Shown: in pieces, positions 39,730-53,984 of the stretch
Layout of the letters: each line of letters opens with the position of its first letter
Position numbering within the stretch: the first letter of the stretch is position 1
Source: Rhizophagus irregularis
Lineage: Eukaryota
NCBI RefSeq assembly: GCF_026210795.1
Contig: NC_089431.1
Location: 5,332,001-5,396,000, forward strand
Length of the DNA: 64,000 nucleotides
Reading direction: 5' to 3'
Program-made: the position numbers and the translations under genes
The notes under the pieces: model-generated
Database searches by the model: none
Seen by the model: the letters and a program-made list of their open reading frames with translations, nothing else
What the model was told of the DNA's origin: nothing

Positions 39730-41402
39730 CTAGGTGTAACCCGTCGCGTTGCGGCGGGAATGATACTTGCCCATCAAGTAAGAGAGTAATAAAGAGAGTA
39801 ATAAGTAACACACATCCTCTTCAGTTCGTCTCCCATTACTCCTTTTTACCTCCCATCACTCCTCTTCGTCTCTCATCACTTCTTTTCGTCTCTCATCACT
39901 CATTTTCGTCTCCCATCACTCCTCTTCGTCTCCCATCACTTCTTTTCGTCTCTCATCACTCATTTTCGTCTCCCATCACTCCTCTTCGTCTCCAATCACT
40001 TCTTTTCGTCTCCCATCACTCCTTTTTACCTCCCATTACTTCTCTTCGTCTCCCATCACTTCTTTTCGTTTCTCATCACTACTTTTCATCTCTCATCATG
40101 TCCTATTTCTCCTTTTTGTTTCCTATCACTTCTCATTACACTTTTTTTCTCTCTCATCTTCTATTACTTTCCATTACTCCATTGTTATTTCATCATCTTT
40201 CTCCTTGGTCATTGTAATTTACTTATCCTTTTATTTATTGTTATTGTTTAAATATGGTGATTTTTTTCTTTAAAATCGTAAATGTGTGGCTTAAATTTTA
40301 ATATTTGCAAATAAAATTTCATTAAATAAGATTATTTTGAATAAATATGCAAAAAAAATTTTTTAAAAATATCTTCGCAATAAAATTTTAAGTTTAACCG
40401 ATCAAAATAGCTAAGTTAAAAAATCAGCCATCAGCCGACTATAAATTTGTATATCATGTGACATTTGAAAAAAAAACCCAGGCGGTGGTCGGTTAGCAAT
40501 CACAATCCCCCAAAAATCAATTATAACAATCTAAAAATTCCTCATTTCTGGTCGGTTGCATTTTTCGGTCGGATTTTGTTGTACAAAAATTATGTAATAA
40601 AATTTTTTTATTTTCGATCGCAAATTGAAATTTAGTTCGAATTCCTTCTATTGATATATTTTTTTCTTAAATGTCACGTTGCATTGTACAAACTGATCAG
40701 CCCAATCAAAATTAACTTAAATCTGACCGAAAAATGCGAATAACAGGGCTAATCTATTGTCCTGAAAAAGTTTTTTTTTTTAAATTTATTTAATCCGCTG
40801 ATTAAACATTTTCCCATAGAATTTACTAAACCAAATTGTTACAAAAAATAAATAAATAAGTAAATTATATGTCAGTCTATTTATATTGAGCCTAAAAAAT
40901 AATTAGGGAAAATGTTATTACTAATAATAATAATAAGAATCGGGAAAAAAGGCAATTACCGTGGTGCCACAGCGTCAATCCGATCACCGATTAAGAATGT
41001 GGTTTGGGGGAAAAAAAATAACAATGAAGAAAATTGAAAAAAAAGCGAAAAATAAAATCTGGAGGAAAAGAAAAAGGATAAGGAAAGAAAAAATAAGTAC
41101 CGAAAAAAATTCTGAAAAAAAAGTACAATAATCTGGTCCAAAAAGACTGAAAAAAAAGTTAATAATACGGTATAAAAAAAAGACCGAAAAAACTGTAAAA
41201 AAATGGTCTTAAAAGACCAATAAAAAAAAAATTTTCAGTTTAGGAAAAAAAACCAATAAAATTCTCGGGTGGAAAAAAAACCAAACCGAAAAAAAAAGAA
41301 AGTAGTAAAAGATCGATTCAAGGAAAAAAAAATGAATATAAATCGGTCTAAGTTAATAATTAAACAAACCGGTATTTTTAAATTGGATGGTACTAATTAA
41401 GA
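39730..41402 (-). mobile_element. Non-autonomous Helitron
   Basis: Minus strand reads cccgccgcaacgcgacggg (hairpin) - ttacac - CTAG|T ending at 39730. Candidate A|TC start at 41402. 41100-41290 is the reverse complement of 34270-34560-type sequence. Confidence 0.7.
39825..40135. repeat. 20-bp minisatellite (tctcccatcactcctcttcg-type) inside the Helitron
   Basis: About 13-15 degenerate tandem copies with a 20-bp period. Confidence 0.92.
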
Positions 41403-43029
41403 TTTTTATTCAGTCGATCGTTTACAAAATGACGCAAAAAAATCACTTACGTTTTAAATCTGATTTGTCACGTGAAAGAAAGATTCGTAATCCGGATCGG
41501 GACCCGTGAAATAGTCATGTGATTCTGTAACAAAAAGGTTAACCTAAATCTATTTATATTCTAACCCCCTATAATTTTTACACGGATATCAATTATTGTT
41601 TAAATGTGACCACAATGGACACTTATTGCGGATTTGTATAAACCATTAAACGCTTAATGCTAACAATTAATACCATTAAAAGAAAGCACTTCATATTATT
41701 CTAACAAATAAATATTGTTTTTTTCGTAATTTTGTATACTGTATTATTAACCTTTTTTGAAATAAAAATGCACATTTTATTTTGTAACAATTACTAGTTC
41801 TTGATAATATGTACTCATACGTATAACCCCTATTTATGCAATAACCTAAAAGTGAATAATACGATACTTGAAACGTGTAACATTTTCCGTTATAAATATC
41901 TATTATGATAATTATGAAAAACAAAGAAATCGAGAAATTGAAATATTTAATATATGTGATTGTATTTTTAGTGAATAAATCCAAAAAAAGATATCAAATA
42001 TTTAAAAATAAAATCATTCAAACATTTTTTGAATCTTTCGTGTCACATTATGACGTTATATACTCTAGATTGTCGAGAACTATCTATTATTCATCGATAT
42101 TAATTTTAAAATGAATATGGTCTATTATAAAATTGTTTAAAAGAGTTCTAAAATTAGTTCCTTTATTATTACAGTATTACAAAACCTCGCTTGATCTAAT
42201 TCTCATTTAGGCGTTTCGTAGTCGTTTGAAACGTATGTGTTTTCATGATTGGTTTTATAATATATACAGTATATTAGTTGCTTGTTACTTATGATTTTCG
42301 AATGTTCATAATTAATCAATTCACCAGATATGTACATACCAACATTTTTGATAATATTTTATCCGTATAATGATTGTTAAATAAAAGACATTTTAATTTT
42401 TTTTCGATCTAATCGGAATTGAAAATATTGTGACTCCGATAAATGTGTGTGCCAAGTAACGAACGATAAATTCTTTGTTTTATTTTCAAATATAAATATA
42501 TTTAGGACCAATGAGCGATCAATACAACAAAGGAATATGGATAATAAAAGTGACACTAATAAATCAATAGATCAATCGTTTAGAATATATATTGTAAATG
42601 GAGTAACTTTTTTAAAAAAAGTTAGTATCATTACATTTATTATGTACAATATGATCATGTTGAATCAACTTCAGCTAAAAAAAATTATTTGATTATGTTG
42701 TTATATTGTGATTATAATTTTAATTATCGAATGTAAAATCTACAAAACAAATTTCATTTTATGGTTATTAATTTTTTCTTTGGTTCATTCAATTCGATTT
42801 TCTAAAGCATGAAAAATGTTATTTTATGAGCTCAAAGATGGTATAACTTCAGTACATTGATATATATTAAATATAATTTGGTTATGACCCTTGATTTATT
42901 TGATATTTACCAATAATAATAGTTCCCTTTGTAAATAACCTAACACGCAAAATTTAATTTCTTAATTGTTTGATAACAAGCATATTCTTCTAAAGAAAGA
43001 TACGTACCGTATTGACGATTTATTTAATT

Positions 43030-44430
43030 TGATATACTTTAAAAGCAACAAATTTGCTGTAATATGTAAATTAAGAAATACCAATTATTAATAAGCCATA
43101 GACCTAACTTGGTAATTACCAAAAAATTCATATGCATGGCGCAAGAAAACAGTATCTATTTGTAGAAAATTTTTATTTTAAAATTACAAAATCATGGTTC
43201 CCTAAAGTATAAAAGAGAGATTAAAATATAAATTTAAAAATTATTAGTATTAAAGTAATGATGACTTTACATTGATAATCAAGTAGTGTTATTAGGTTTG
43301 TGACTCTTTGTATTGTTACGCATATTCTTGCTTATGCTCATAGACGATGATCTAGAAAACATCTTTTGATTTATGAAGTAATATTCATTTAATTTATCCG
43401 CGCAAATCATCTTTTTTCCGGATAAAAAACTGAGCGATTGTTCCTTTCATTAATAAACGCAAATATGTAATTATTTAATTATAAAATTTTTAAATTCTTT
43501 TTTGATAACTAAAACTTTACCGTTAAAATTTATTATGGGTGAGTGAGTGACCAACCAATTTCTGCATGTAATTAGGTTAAAATAAATAAGGTCTATATAT
43601 ATATACTATAAAACTCGTCAGTAGTTCTTTCATTGGTAGTAAAAAATAATTCGACTCTAACCCATTATTTAAAAATTCATTGATGATACTTTGTGAAAAA
43701 AAGTTCATCATTATTTCACCCTTTTTATTCAATTTTTTGTTGTCCTAGTATAAAAAAAGAAAAGATAAAATAAAGTTCAGATTCATTTATTTACCATTAA
43801 CAAATCTTCTTCAAATGAACGTCTTAATTCGTACTAATGTATTTTACAAATATGAGGCAAATAAATAGCTTATACTTGTTATATTTGGTTAATAATTTGT
43901 AGACCATTAACGTCTATTTTTTTGAATCAGAATAAAGTCCGTATCGACTTCACGATATAAAAAGATTTCTTATCTCTCAGGGAACATGTGTTCAATTAAA
44001 TTAAGCGCAAAAGAAAAGTTTCTCAAGCCAGTCTTACTGTGTACATGTGAATTGATGGAGTTTTTGAATTTTAAAATATTCGGAAAATTTATACTGTACC
44101 GCAGTCGTTAATACAGCAAGGTTCGTGCTCACGTGGATGTCAATCATTGATTTTTCCATAATAAAAGAATTATCAAAATGAAACCCCAAAGGTACTATTC
44201 TTTTTTCTCATTTCCATTTTCCTTCACAAGTTTGGAACCATGAAAGCGAGATTGTGCAATATATAATTTTATTTTATTTACATATATGTTGTGCGATTTG
44301 CGTCAGCTGACAGCAAACGTCATCAGATGACGGCTGGCCTATATAGTAATGCTGGCCACCCCACTTAAGGCATTATAATATTGGGCAATATTGGGCTAAT
44401 AATAATGTAGGCCGGCATCTGACGTTGTGA
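43030..44430. repeat. Inverted duplication partner of 28290-29360
   Basis: See 28290-29360; this copy has several extra internal segments. Confidence 0.9.
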
Positions 44431-45791
44431 CGCACAACATATATACTAGTATATATTTATTGCAGTTCATCGATTTTTATTAATACTATAAATATTTTAT
44501 AAATTTTTTAAATAATAGTACTATTAAATTCTTTTTGATAAAATAATAGGAATAAAGATTATGTAAAACGTAATTTCTGGAAAACTCCGTGAATATGATA
44601 CATTTACGGAAATAATATGGAATAAAAAAACACGGAATAAATTTTTATAGGGGTAATAAATTGTCTCTAGTAAATTACTGTATTATATATTTAGATTACC
44701 CTGTATAAGTAATTTTGAGTTGTATTACTGTAACGTGTAGCATGCTGCATGCCTCCGTAATTTATTACGGATTGTTATCTTAAAATAGATTGGGTTTAAC
44801 CATTAATGAATGTTGATCATGTTGATCATGAAAATTAAACAATAGAAATGTCTCATGTTAAAATTTAATATTAATGATGCTCTTAACAATACATTTTATG
44901 CTGTGTTACCACTTCTCTATCATTGTTTTACGCTAAATTAAGACAAACTTTTATGAATATCCTTTCCATTCCCTTGCAATACTGCTCTGCCTCATCATAG
45001 TTGTCTTACAAATGGTAATGGTTTTATATCTCTAGGTCTAATATATGAGGAATAATTCATTTGTTTATTGTGCCATTTTGTATCCAGTAATCATAGAAAG
45101 ATAAAACATAGCAGAGTGATAGAAAAGGAGTAATAATGCATGGCAAAAATTGTCAGCTTTTCTGCCAGTAGTGATATCATAATTTTATCACTAAAACTAT
45201 GATAAATTTAATAAATTTGAAGAATTTAATATTTTGTTCCCAGAATATTATTTGTGTGCATAATGTTTCAAGTTCATTGATCGTGCAAAGCAATGTTCTG
45301 TTGCTAATATGTATTAAAAAAAAATAAAAATTAATTATGTATCTAATTGTATAATCCAAGCTAATGTTACATATTTTCTTATATGATCCTAATTTTAAAT
45401 TTTGATGAATGATGAAGCAAATCATTATCATTTCATACATCATAAATTAGGTAACAGACGTTTCACTAGTAACTCCTTTGATACTAAAACGCATGTTGCA
45501 TATATACCAAACACTTCTTTTTGTTGGACAATATTTTTAGTGTCAGAAATTTTTCAGCCATTACATTTGTTGCACGTTTTTTTACATGTGTGAATAAAAC
45601 AATGCAGATCAGTTTTTGAAATACAAATTTGGTAGTATAATTAATATATTTTTTTTGAAACACATTTTAAACGTTTGATTAAAAGAAAAGTTATTAATAG
45701 TTAGTTAATAAATAAATCAAGTTTACAATGACAAGAAACATATATAAATGTTCTGTAATCCCTCTGAGTAAAAATTTAAAATTTTTCAAGT

Positions 45792-45972
45792 CACTAAATT
45801 TATTTTCACATTTTTTAAACACATTTTCCCACCAAGTCTCTAAATTTATTTCTACATTTTTCAAACACATTTTCCCACCAAGTCTCTAAATTTATTTTCA
45901 CATTTTTTACACACATTTGTCTCTAAATTTATTTCTACATTTTTCACATACATTTTCCCACCAAGTCTCTAA
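45792..45972 (+). repeat. About 46-bp tandem repeat x4 immediately upstream of the ATG
   Basis: ctaaatttattt(t/c)(c/t)acattttt...cacattttcccaccaagtct units; the third copy is shortened; the array ends 5 nt before ATG 45978. Confidence 0.9.
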
Positions 45973-45977
45973 TAAAA

Positions 45978-48900
45978 ATGTTAAAAATGTTCAATTTAGC
46001 AAAGATGTTGATCATCTTTATGTATTTAACCTCCATCTGTTGCTTTTTCATTTCATCCCAAAATGTATCATCTCCTCAAGATATATTGTACACTTATGAA
46101 GAACCTATAGATGGTCTAAAACTACATGATACCCACACACTTTCAAAAGGTACTTTAATGATCTGGATGACCTTTGATGATGATAAAGATCCATCATGCA
46201 TGTTACCTTATTTTTATCTACGATTGATAGAAAGAACAGGACGAATTACATACATAAATCTTAATTACACCTTTCCTCCAGAAGCAGTTTGCCCCATTAG
46301 TATGGATTTTATACCATTAAATTATAATTATATAATGGTAATTTATGTTAAATCAAATAATGGTGTTAAGGGAAAGTATGGATTGATAATTAATTATGAA
46401 AGTGAGATTATAAAGTAAGTTTAGATGTTGGAACATTATCATTTATAAAGGTCAATAATAATTTTTTTTTTTTTTTAGTGAAATCTACTTAGGAAATGTT
46501 AATGACTATATTATAGATAGTGGAAGATTAGAAAAAGGTTTTATTCGTATTGAAGAACATGACAAAAAAGGAGCAACATTGCATTGGCTTAGTATCCCGT
46601 AAGTATTTTTACAAGTAAATACTTTTTAAATATTTCTTTGTTCAGTTGATTAACTTTTTTATCTTTACTTTAGAGATATTACAACAGGAAAAGTGGTGGA
46701 ACATGGAAGTAGCGAGTTTATTGTACCAAACCAATTATCATATACTTTTGTAAATAGTTTTAATTTTAATTTAATTGATGGAGGGATTGGATATGCATAT
46801 ATTCTAAAATATGATGAAATGGGATCATTAGCAACAAATGATCCAAATATTCAATACTGGAAAATTTATGTTTCATTTTTAAGAGAAGGAACATATTTGC
46901 CTACAACACCTTCTCTTGTCTATCAAACTACTACAAAATTAAATAGTGTGGTATTTAACTCATGTACTTACAATAATGGTGTAGGATATATATGTATTGT
47001 GTCATTAAACAATACAATTACAAATAGGAATGAATCAAGAACTGAAGTGAATTATTATAGATTGGATTTTTTAACAACTGGGGCCTTTATTCAATTTGAT
47101 ATGATTCCTAAAGAAATAAGTATGGATGTCTTTGATTTTTCAAGTTTAATTTACGGAGGATTTCTTGTGAGAAAATATTATACAAATACAACTGCAATGG
47201 ACTTTTCTATTTTAGATAATAATGGAAATTATAAATCAGGGGGATCTTTTGGCCCAGAGTTTGTTCATACTAATATGTTCTCAAGAAATGGTACTTTATT
47301 AGGAATAAAGAAACAAATTGGTAATAAATTAGAAATTTTATTGAAACCTTTATTAAGATTAAATAATCAAGGTAAGTTTTTGATTATTTTTTACTTTTTA
47401 TTTTATTTTATTTTTTTTTTTAATAAAAAAATTTTTTGATTTATAGGAGCTGAATATGATAATCCTGTAATTGAGTCAACAAAACCAGCGATCCATGAAT
47501 TTATTGATTCTTCAATCAATGAAATTACAATTAAATATGCCATTCCAGTGAGATTATCAACTGCAAATATTTCGATATTTCAACTAAATGGTGACCCATA
47601 TAAACCAAATCTATTACGGCAAACAATCTCAGGAAATTCCAAACTATGTACTGTTGGAAGTGATAATCACACTGTGCATATTCCAATTTTCAGGAGTTCA
47701 TTTAATCAGCCAAATGCTTCGTATCATGTGATAATTGATAATAATTTTGTCATTTCTCAGGAGAGAAATGAACCTTTATTAGGCATTAATGAGGAAACTT
47801 GGATGTTTTCAACAAGTAATATATATATATTTTTTTAATTTTTAATTTTTTAATTTTTTTACTGGTCAAATAGAAAAATTTATATTTCTTTATTATATTT
47901 AGAACCATTTAAGGCAGGACAACATTCAGTTTCAGTCACAGGGTCACTTCGATTGAATGAAGAAGGGAGTTCAAAATTTCTTCAATCAAATCAGTCGGAG
48001 TTTTTCAATAATATAATTCAAGCGTTTTCCAAAATAATTCCAGTGGATCAACAAAGGATAACAACAAATGGTAAATGGAAAAATGACCCTACTTCCCCCA
48101 ATAAAGTGTTGTTATCCTTTACTATAAATGAGGCCAAAGATGCCATTGAACCAAACTCAAAAACAATCTTTGATAATTTGGGCACTTTGGTTGAAAAAAA
48201 AGGGTTTACTGCCCTTTCAATTAATGAATATACTTCATTAATTGATGAAAGTGCATCTTTTGTAATAACCCGTAAGTGTTGTTCATTAAATATTTTTGAT
48301 ATTTTTAAATAAGTAATATTTCATTATTAAATTTTTAATTCTATTATTTTACAGAGGATTATTTTGGAAAATATCTGCCAGTAATTATAATATCTTTAGT
48401 AAGTCTAATAATACTAGCAATATTATATTTTTTGGCACGGTGGAAAAGCCCCGAAGGAAGAAATTTTGCCATATTTGAGACTGCATTAATAATGCAAGAT
48501 CTTGCTGTGGATTTAACATTCACATTATTAAGGGTTAATAATACTCCACATCTGATAGTCCCAAAGTAAGAAATTTTGTTTAATATGATTATGTTATTTT
48601 TATTATTTTAAAGATTAATTTAATTAATTAATAATTTTCTTATTTATTATTATTTAGTATGGTATTCCTTATTGTTCCACTTATAGTCAATTTCTTATTG
48701 GCTATAAATATTTTTTTGTCTGAAGTAGATACAAATCCAATGTTCTTTACTTGGGTTTCAGAACTTCCAACACTATTATTACCAATTTGTGCAATATTTT
48801 CATCCATTGACATACTAGCAATAAATACTTTGACATCAAATTTATTTGGTCTCAAAGTATTTTCAGCCCCATTATCACAAAGGTCAAGGAAGATTATACT

Positions 48901-49156
48901 TTGGGGTAGTTTCATAAATATTTTTGCTGAAGATATACCACAATTAATTATACAGATATTATACTATAATAGTGTTGAGACGTACGATCTTATTCCATCA
49001 CTTGTACTTATATCTGGTGGATTAGTTATAGTAAATAAACTAATTTTAAGATCGTATCACGCGATAGTGAGATGGTATCATCGGCGTGATAAAATTAGAA
49101 ACTTTATTAGACGTTTATCAGCCGCTTCTATAAGATCATTAAGGTCGAATGTTTAG
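45978..49156 (+). CDS. Cell-surface membrane protein, 900 aa: signal peptide, about 670-aa ectodomain, about 6 TM segments; exons 45978-46414, 46479-46598, 46674-47371, 47447-47815, 47903-48271, 48355-48565, 48658-49156
   Basis: All six introns are GT-AG and the phases join in frame (2703 nt). Hydrophobic N-terminus; an Ig-like-looking exon 4 (NPVIESTKP...ITIKYAIPVRLSTANISIFQ...YHVIIDNNFV); C-terminal hydrophobic helices with EDIPQLIIQ. Confidence 0.9.
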
Positions 49157-49822
49157 CATTCAACTACAGATTTTTATTTGTAAATTATGATATTATTTTC
49201 ACCATCAATTTAATAAAAATATAATACTTCAGACTGTGCCATAAAAATGTATTTGTTTTTTTTAGAACATCGTTTATTGGACGAATATGAAAATATGATT
49301 TACTTTAATTCTCTGACCGGTAAAGTAATTTGGAATGTGTATATGATAAATAGCTGATAATCAGAAATAAATCGGGTAAAAATAGATTTTAAAATGATGT
49401 ATAACAAAAGTTTACTGAATGATAATGAACACTGCAATAAAATGGGATGAATTGTTTATTTATAAGAAATAGGAAACAAGCCGGCAGAGTTTATTTATTA
49501 ACAAATAAAATACAATATTACTGCCTCTTTTGGCGCTCTGTATATTCATATGTATATTTCTATATCATAAAAACCTTCCCAAATCCTCCACAAATCGGTC
49601 CTTATATATTATCCAAAATTCGGTACAAATTTGTCCATCAAACAAATTTGCCATTCGGCCAATTTTGCCCAGTTAACTAGTTAAGCCAATTCCGAATTAT
49701 CTTAGCACCCACCTCTAAGCCTCCGATTTCCATCTATATGCTAATATGCCCAATGAATAAATAAACTATAAACTAAATAAAAATAAACTATATATAAAAA
49801 TATAAAAAAATAAACTATCAAT

Positions 49823-52316
49823 TTTTTTTATTTTATTTTTATTATATAGACAGTGACCCGGGACTACAAACAACTGCTAGCAGGTCGATTTACAAAGAAA
49901 AAGAAACAAAGCTAAGCTAATGCGAGTACGTCCAACAAAAAGGGACCGCCACGCCTCTTATTCAAAAAGAATCCTAGGCAAAGCCAGATCTACTAACCCA
50001 GAACACTAGACGCCGAAAAAAGAAAAGAATTAAACGAAAGTACATGTGACCCTAAATTAAAAAATTTTGAAAATAAAATAAAATAATCTAAATGTAAAGA
50101 ATTTAAAGTATAAAAAGACTGTCTATCATCACAGTCCTGTATAAATGACGTCCAACCACCCGCATGTAAATAATTTGATGTAATAAGAATAATCCATTTA
50201 GGGACAAAGTGGTTGTTAGGTCGTTGAGATTGTAAAAAAGCGATACGGTAACGATCATCGTATCGATCCTGTTTATCGCGAATGCCAAAAAAAGAAGGCG
50301 GCGTAGAGTTCCGATGAGACGGAGAAGGTAAAGTGGTTTGATTATGAACGGATCTTTTCGTTCGTTTATTCTCGGCGCAACGTTTAGCACGTCGCAGTTT
50401 GATTTTCTTTGCGTAAATACCTGTACGTTTTTCCAAGTAATCATGGATTCCGTGTGATGTTTCCAAACATGAGTAGAAATTGTAAATGAATTAATTTCAT
50501 AACATCCATAACAATAGACGTAGAATGCGAAGTTTTACGAGTATGAGAGTGAATCAAATCTACTAAAGATTGAGGAACCACATTGTGTATAATAAGATAA
50601 ACGAGGTGAGTAGCATCAACCACAGGCGAAAAAAGTGGTGACGCGTCCAAATCCCGAGTCAGAGTTGAGTTGGTGTAAAAGGTGTTTAATTCAGTTGTTA
50701 CACGTTTGCTGATAAGTGCTTTCGCGTCCAAAAGGACATTAGTCAAAAGCTGAATTAAATCCGGGCAAAATCCAAGATGTTGATTAGTATCGTCCGCGCG
50801 CCCGCAAAGAGGACATTTGATTGGTAATAAATTTTGAGAATAAAGTGACGGATAATGAGCTGATAAAACATCGCCACAAGGTAAGATATGATTGAGACTT
50901 TTCATTTTGAAGGAGTGTTTTTTAGATTTATCCGAGCTACAAACATCCAGAGTATCGTTTTGGTGTTGCCAAAGTTTAGTATAACTCCAACTAATAGCTT
51001 GGGTAGAATGATTTTTAAATAAAAGTTGTAAATTATTATTGGAAGTAAAAGAGTCAAAAGTAACGGCATCCGTTATATTTTGACAAAATTTTCTAATGTC
51101 TCGGTCGATAGGACCTATACAATCCCACATGGGTATCATAGCCACATCTGGAATAAATTTTGGATTAATGGTGATTGGAGGTACGTTCAGGCCTTTACCA
51201 GCTTCTTTATCCGCTAGATCATTGTAAAAATCGCCTGAATGTGCCTTAACTTTATACAAAGACAAGTAATTTTGTTCTTTGAGACCAGGTGTTTAATTAA
51301 ACGCCAAACGTCATGATTAGGAATTTTGAGAATCTTTCGTATCGAGACTAGAAAGTTGTTGATATGCTGAAAAGTGTGAATGCAATTCATTGAATCTGTA
51401 TAAATATGGACCATACAATTGGGTGGAACCACCAATAGTAACGTCAAAATAGCGTAAGCCTCCGCTTTGGAAGACGAGGGTGAGAGAGAAGTGCCTCCAA
51501 AAAAAGAGATATTTAAGTTGGTGCTCGAGTCGTCTTTATTAACCCAACCAAAGCCCATATTTGTAGTAGTAGTAAAATTACCATTTGAATTAAGATCATT
51601 TGATATAGGTGAACGTAAAGCACCATCAGTATAAAAAATTAATTCCCGTGAAATAGAAAAATATTCCGATAAAGTAATAAGTTTAGTAATAGTGTCAAGA
51701 TCTCCAATTAGATATCGACTGATATCTTGAGATAATATGCTTCGTTCGTGAACATGAAGCTGAAGGAGCGTTCGCCGAAGTTGTATTTATATCAATAGCT
51801 GGTACAGCTGCTGACCCAGCGCGTCTAGAATTAATAGTAAAAATATTAAAAGCACTGATCCTTAAACTAAACAAAGATCGTTGTGGAAAAACACAGTTTT
51901 TCGGTAAATTTGAAATGTTAAGTTTGGGTTTGAATGATTTTCCATGTACATCTATTTTGTAAAGTTGGTGGGTTGCGGTAACAACAACGCATATTGGCCT
52001 TAGATCACGATAATACGGCGTGTGCTTAGAACAACCTTCACAAGGTTTCAAAATAGGAACACAACACCGTGGTATATGTTGATGTAATATATCCTCGTTT
52101 GCAATGTGAGGTATAAAGTGTTCACGGTAAGTGATTGAGATACAGTTAACTTCGTTAACTTGTTCCTTCCATAGATAACGTCGTTGTCCAAACTGGACCA
52201 CGAAGTAGACCATTCTTTTTTGGGCCGATGATAGAGTTTATCAACAATCTTGGGATGTCTATAAGAAATACTAGTGATGGCCGGCGAAGTTAAAGGATTA
52301 ATGAGGCGGCGTGTTG
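49823..52316 (-). mobile_element. 5'-truncated LINE with RNase H and zinc finger
   Basis: FYTDGA...SSSKAEAYAIL...IYTDSMNCI...KVKAHSGDFYNDLADKEA; CPLCGRADDTNQHLGFC; A-rich tail; near-perfect TSD aaaataaacta(t/c)caat at 49807-49822 and 52317-52332. Confidence 0.9.
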
Positions 52317-53984
52317 AAAATAAACTACCAATATAACCTACAACTAAAAATAACTTAATTAAAAAAATATCCCGTGACAATCTCAAATTGATTTGCAGTG
52401 GTTTTGTATAAACTTTTATATTCAATTCCATTAAGTATTATTATTCAAAAAATATTTATATTTTTAATGTTATTAATAATAAAAAATTTATAATAAAATT
52501 TTTTATTATGTAACATTCTGACCCGATATTTTTATATTTTTCAGCTAGCCCAATTTAATCTGAAACATTTTTCAGGTTACAGGTTGGGTAGAGTCAAATA
52601 TGGTAACCTGATTTGACCCAACAATTCGGACGAATCTTTGTGAGAGGTGGAATGGTGATGAAAGTATGAAAGAGATGAAGAGAGATTATTATATGCTCTG
52701 TCATAAGGCTGAGTAGTGTAGCGTCTGAACTTTGAACCTACCTAGTGAATTTATTAATTGTGGGCGTTTTTATTTACTGCGGTCCGGAATGAGATGGTCA
52801 CTATGGGGATCAATTATGGTCCGTAATGACGTAAAACTATTCTTATTATTCTTATTGGTTACTTATTTGATATTATTTATTATTTATTATAAAATTTGGG
52901 AACCGCTATAATTTTTATCAAATTTAATAAAAGTTTGTTTTGTAGTTAGTGGTGGCAACGTCTTAACGACGGGGGACCGGAACGATTTACATTGTTTATC
53001 TAATAAATATGTTCTACATATATTTTTCAATAATTAACGAAACTTTAATAAAAAATTTTTTTTTTTTGCAATTTCGCTATCATGTAACTTACATATTATA
53101 TATACTACTTTAAATTACTATTTACGCAACTACCATAATAAAGTCCTTTGGTCTAATAAAAATTACCAAAAATGTTAAAACCAATCATTTTTTTATTTTT
53201 TATCTCATTATCATTGTTTTATATTAGCTTAGTATAACTTGGAACGGTTTGACGATGTTTTGTGTTTGAAATGATATTAATATCATCATTTTTTTCATTT
53301 TTTTAAAGACGCACTTAGAACACAATGCATGAAAATAAATTTAAGTATTACTTATATCCTGACTAATTAGGAATAAGTAAAATTTTACTATTCCAACTAG
53401 CCAGGATATAATTGATTTATCCCCTGCCATTTACACAATAGTAAGTGTTTTATAGTATATCGTGAGTATAAATATAGTATATTTTATTGTTGAATCTTAT
53501 CTTCTTACGCTTGGTTATTTTTTTCATTTTAAAGATTTATAAAAAAATGATTAAATTCTAAAAAGCTTTGGAACTATTATTATTACATTTGAAAATAATA
53601 TTGAGATTACGAATAAATTAAAAGGAAGTTTTTCTCATTTGAAAAATGCAAATCTTTCTGAATTACTCAAATTTTCAAATCCGTCTATTATAGTATAATC
53701 AATAGTCAATTTTTACTGAGAACGGATAAATAAATACATATAAAATTTGCCGCCCGGTAGGTATAACTACATTTGCATAATCGTGTAAATGATGCCGATC
53801 AGGTTCATCAGGGGATAAAATTTTCTTCTAGGAATGATTTATATATTTACTGATAATGCTTTTTATGTTTCCAATTTTTCTTTTGTTTTTTTTTTTATAA
53901 ATGTCAGGTTCCTTATCTTTCTTTATTCACATAAAACTTTGTTATAAAATTGTACTAAATTTCTTTATCATAAGTATGTGATGC

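Noticed and set aside
41691..41984. Cys-containing ORF as a small secreted protein
   Set aside because: Non-ATG start, no clear signal peptide, and no paralog or convincing exon partners.
52400..52745. Possible degenerate Helitron ending in CTAG
   Set aside because: No clear subterminal hairpin.
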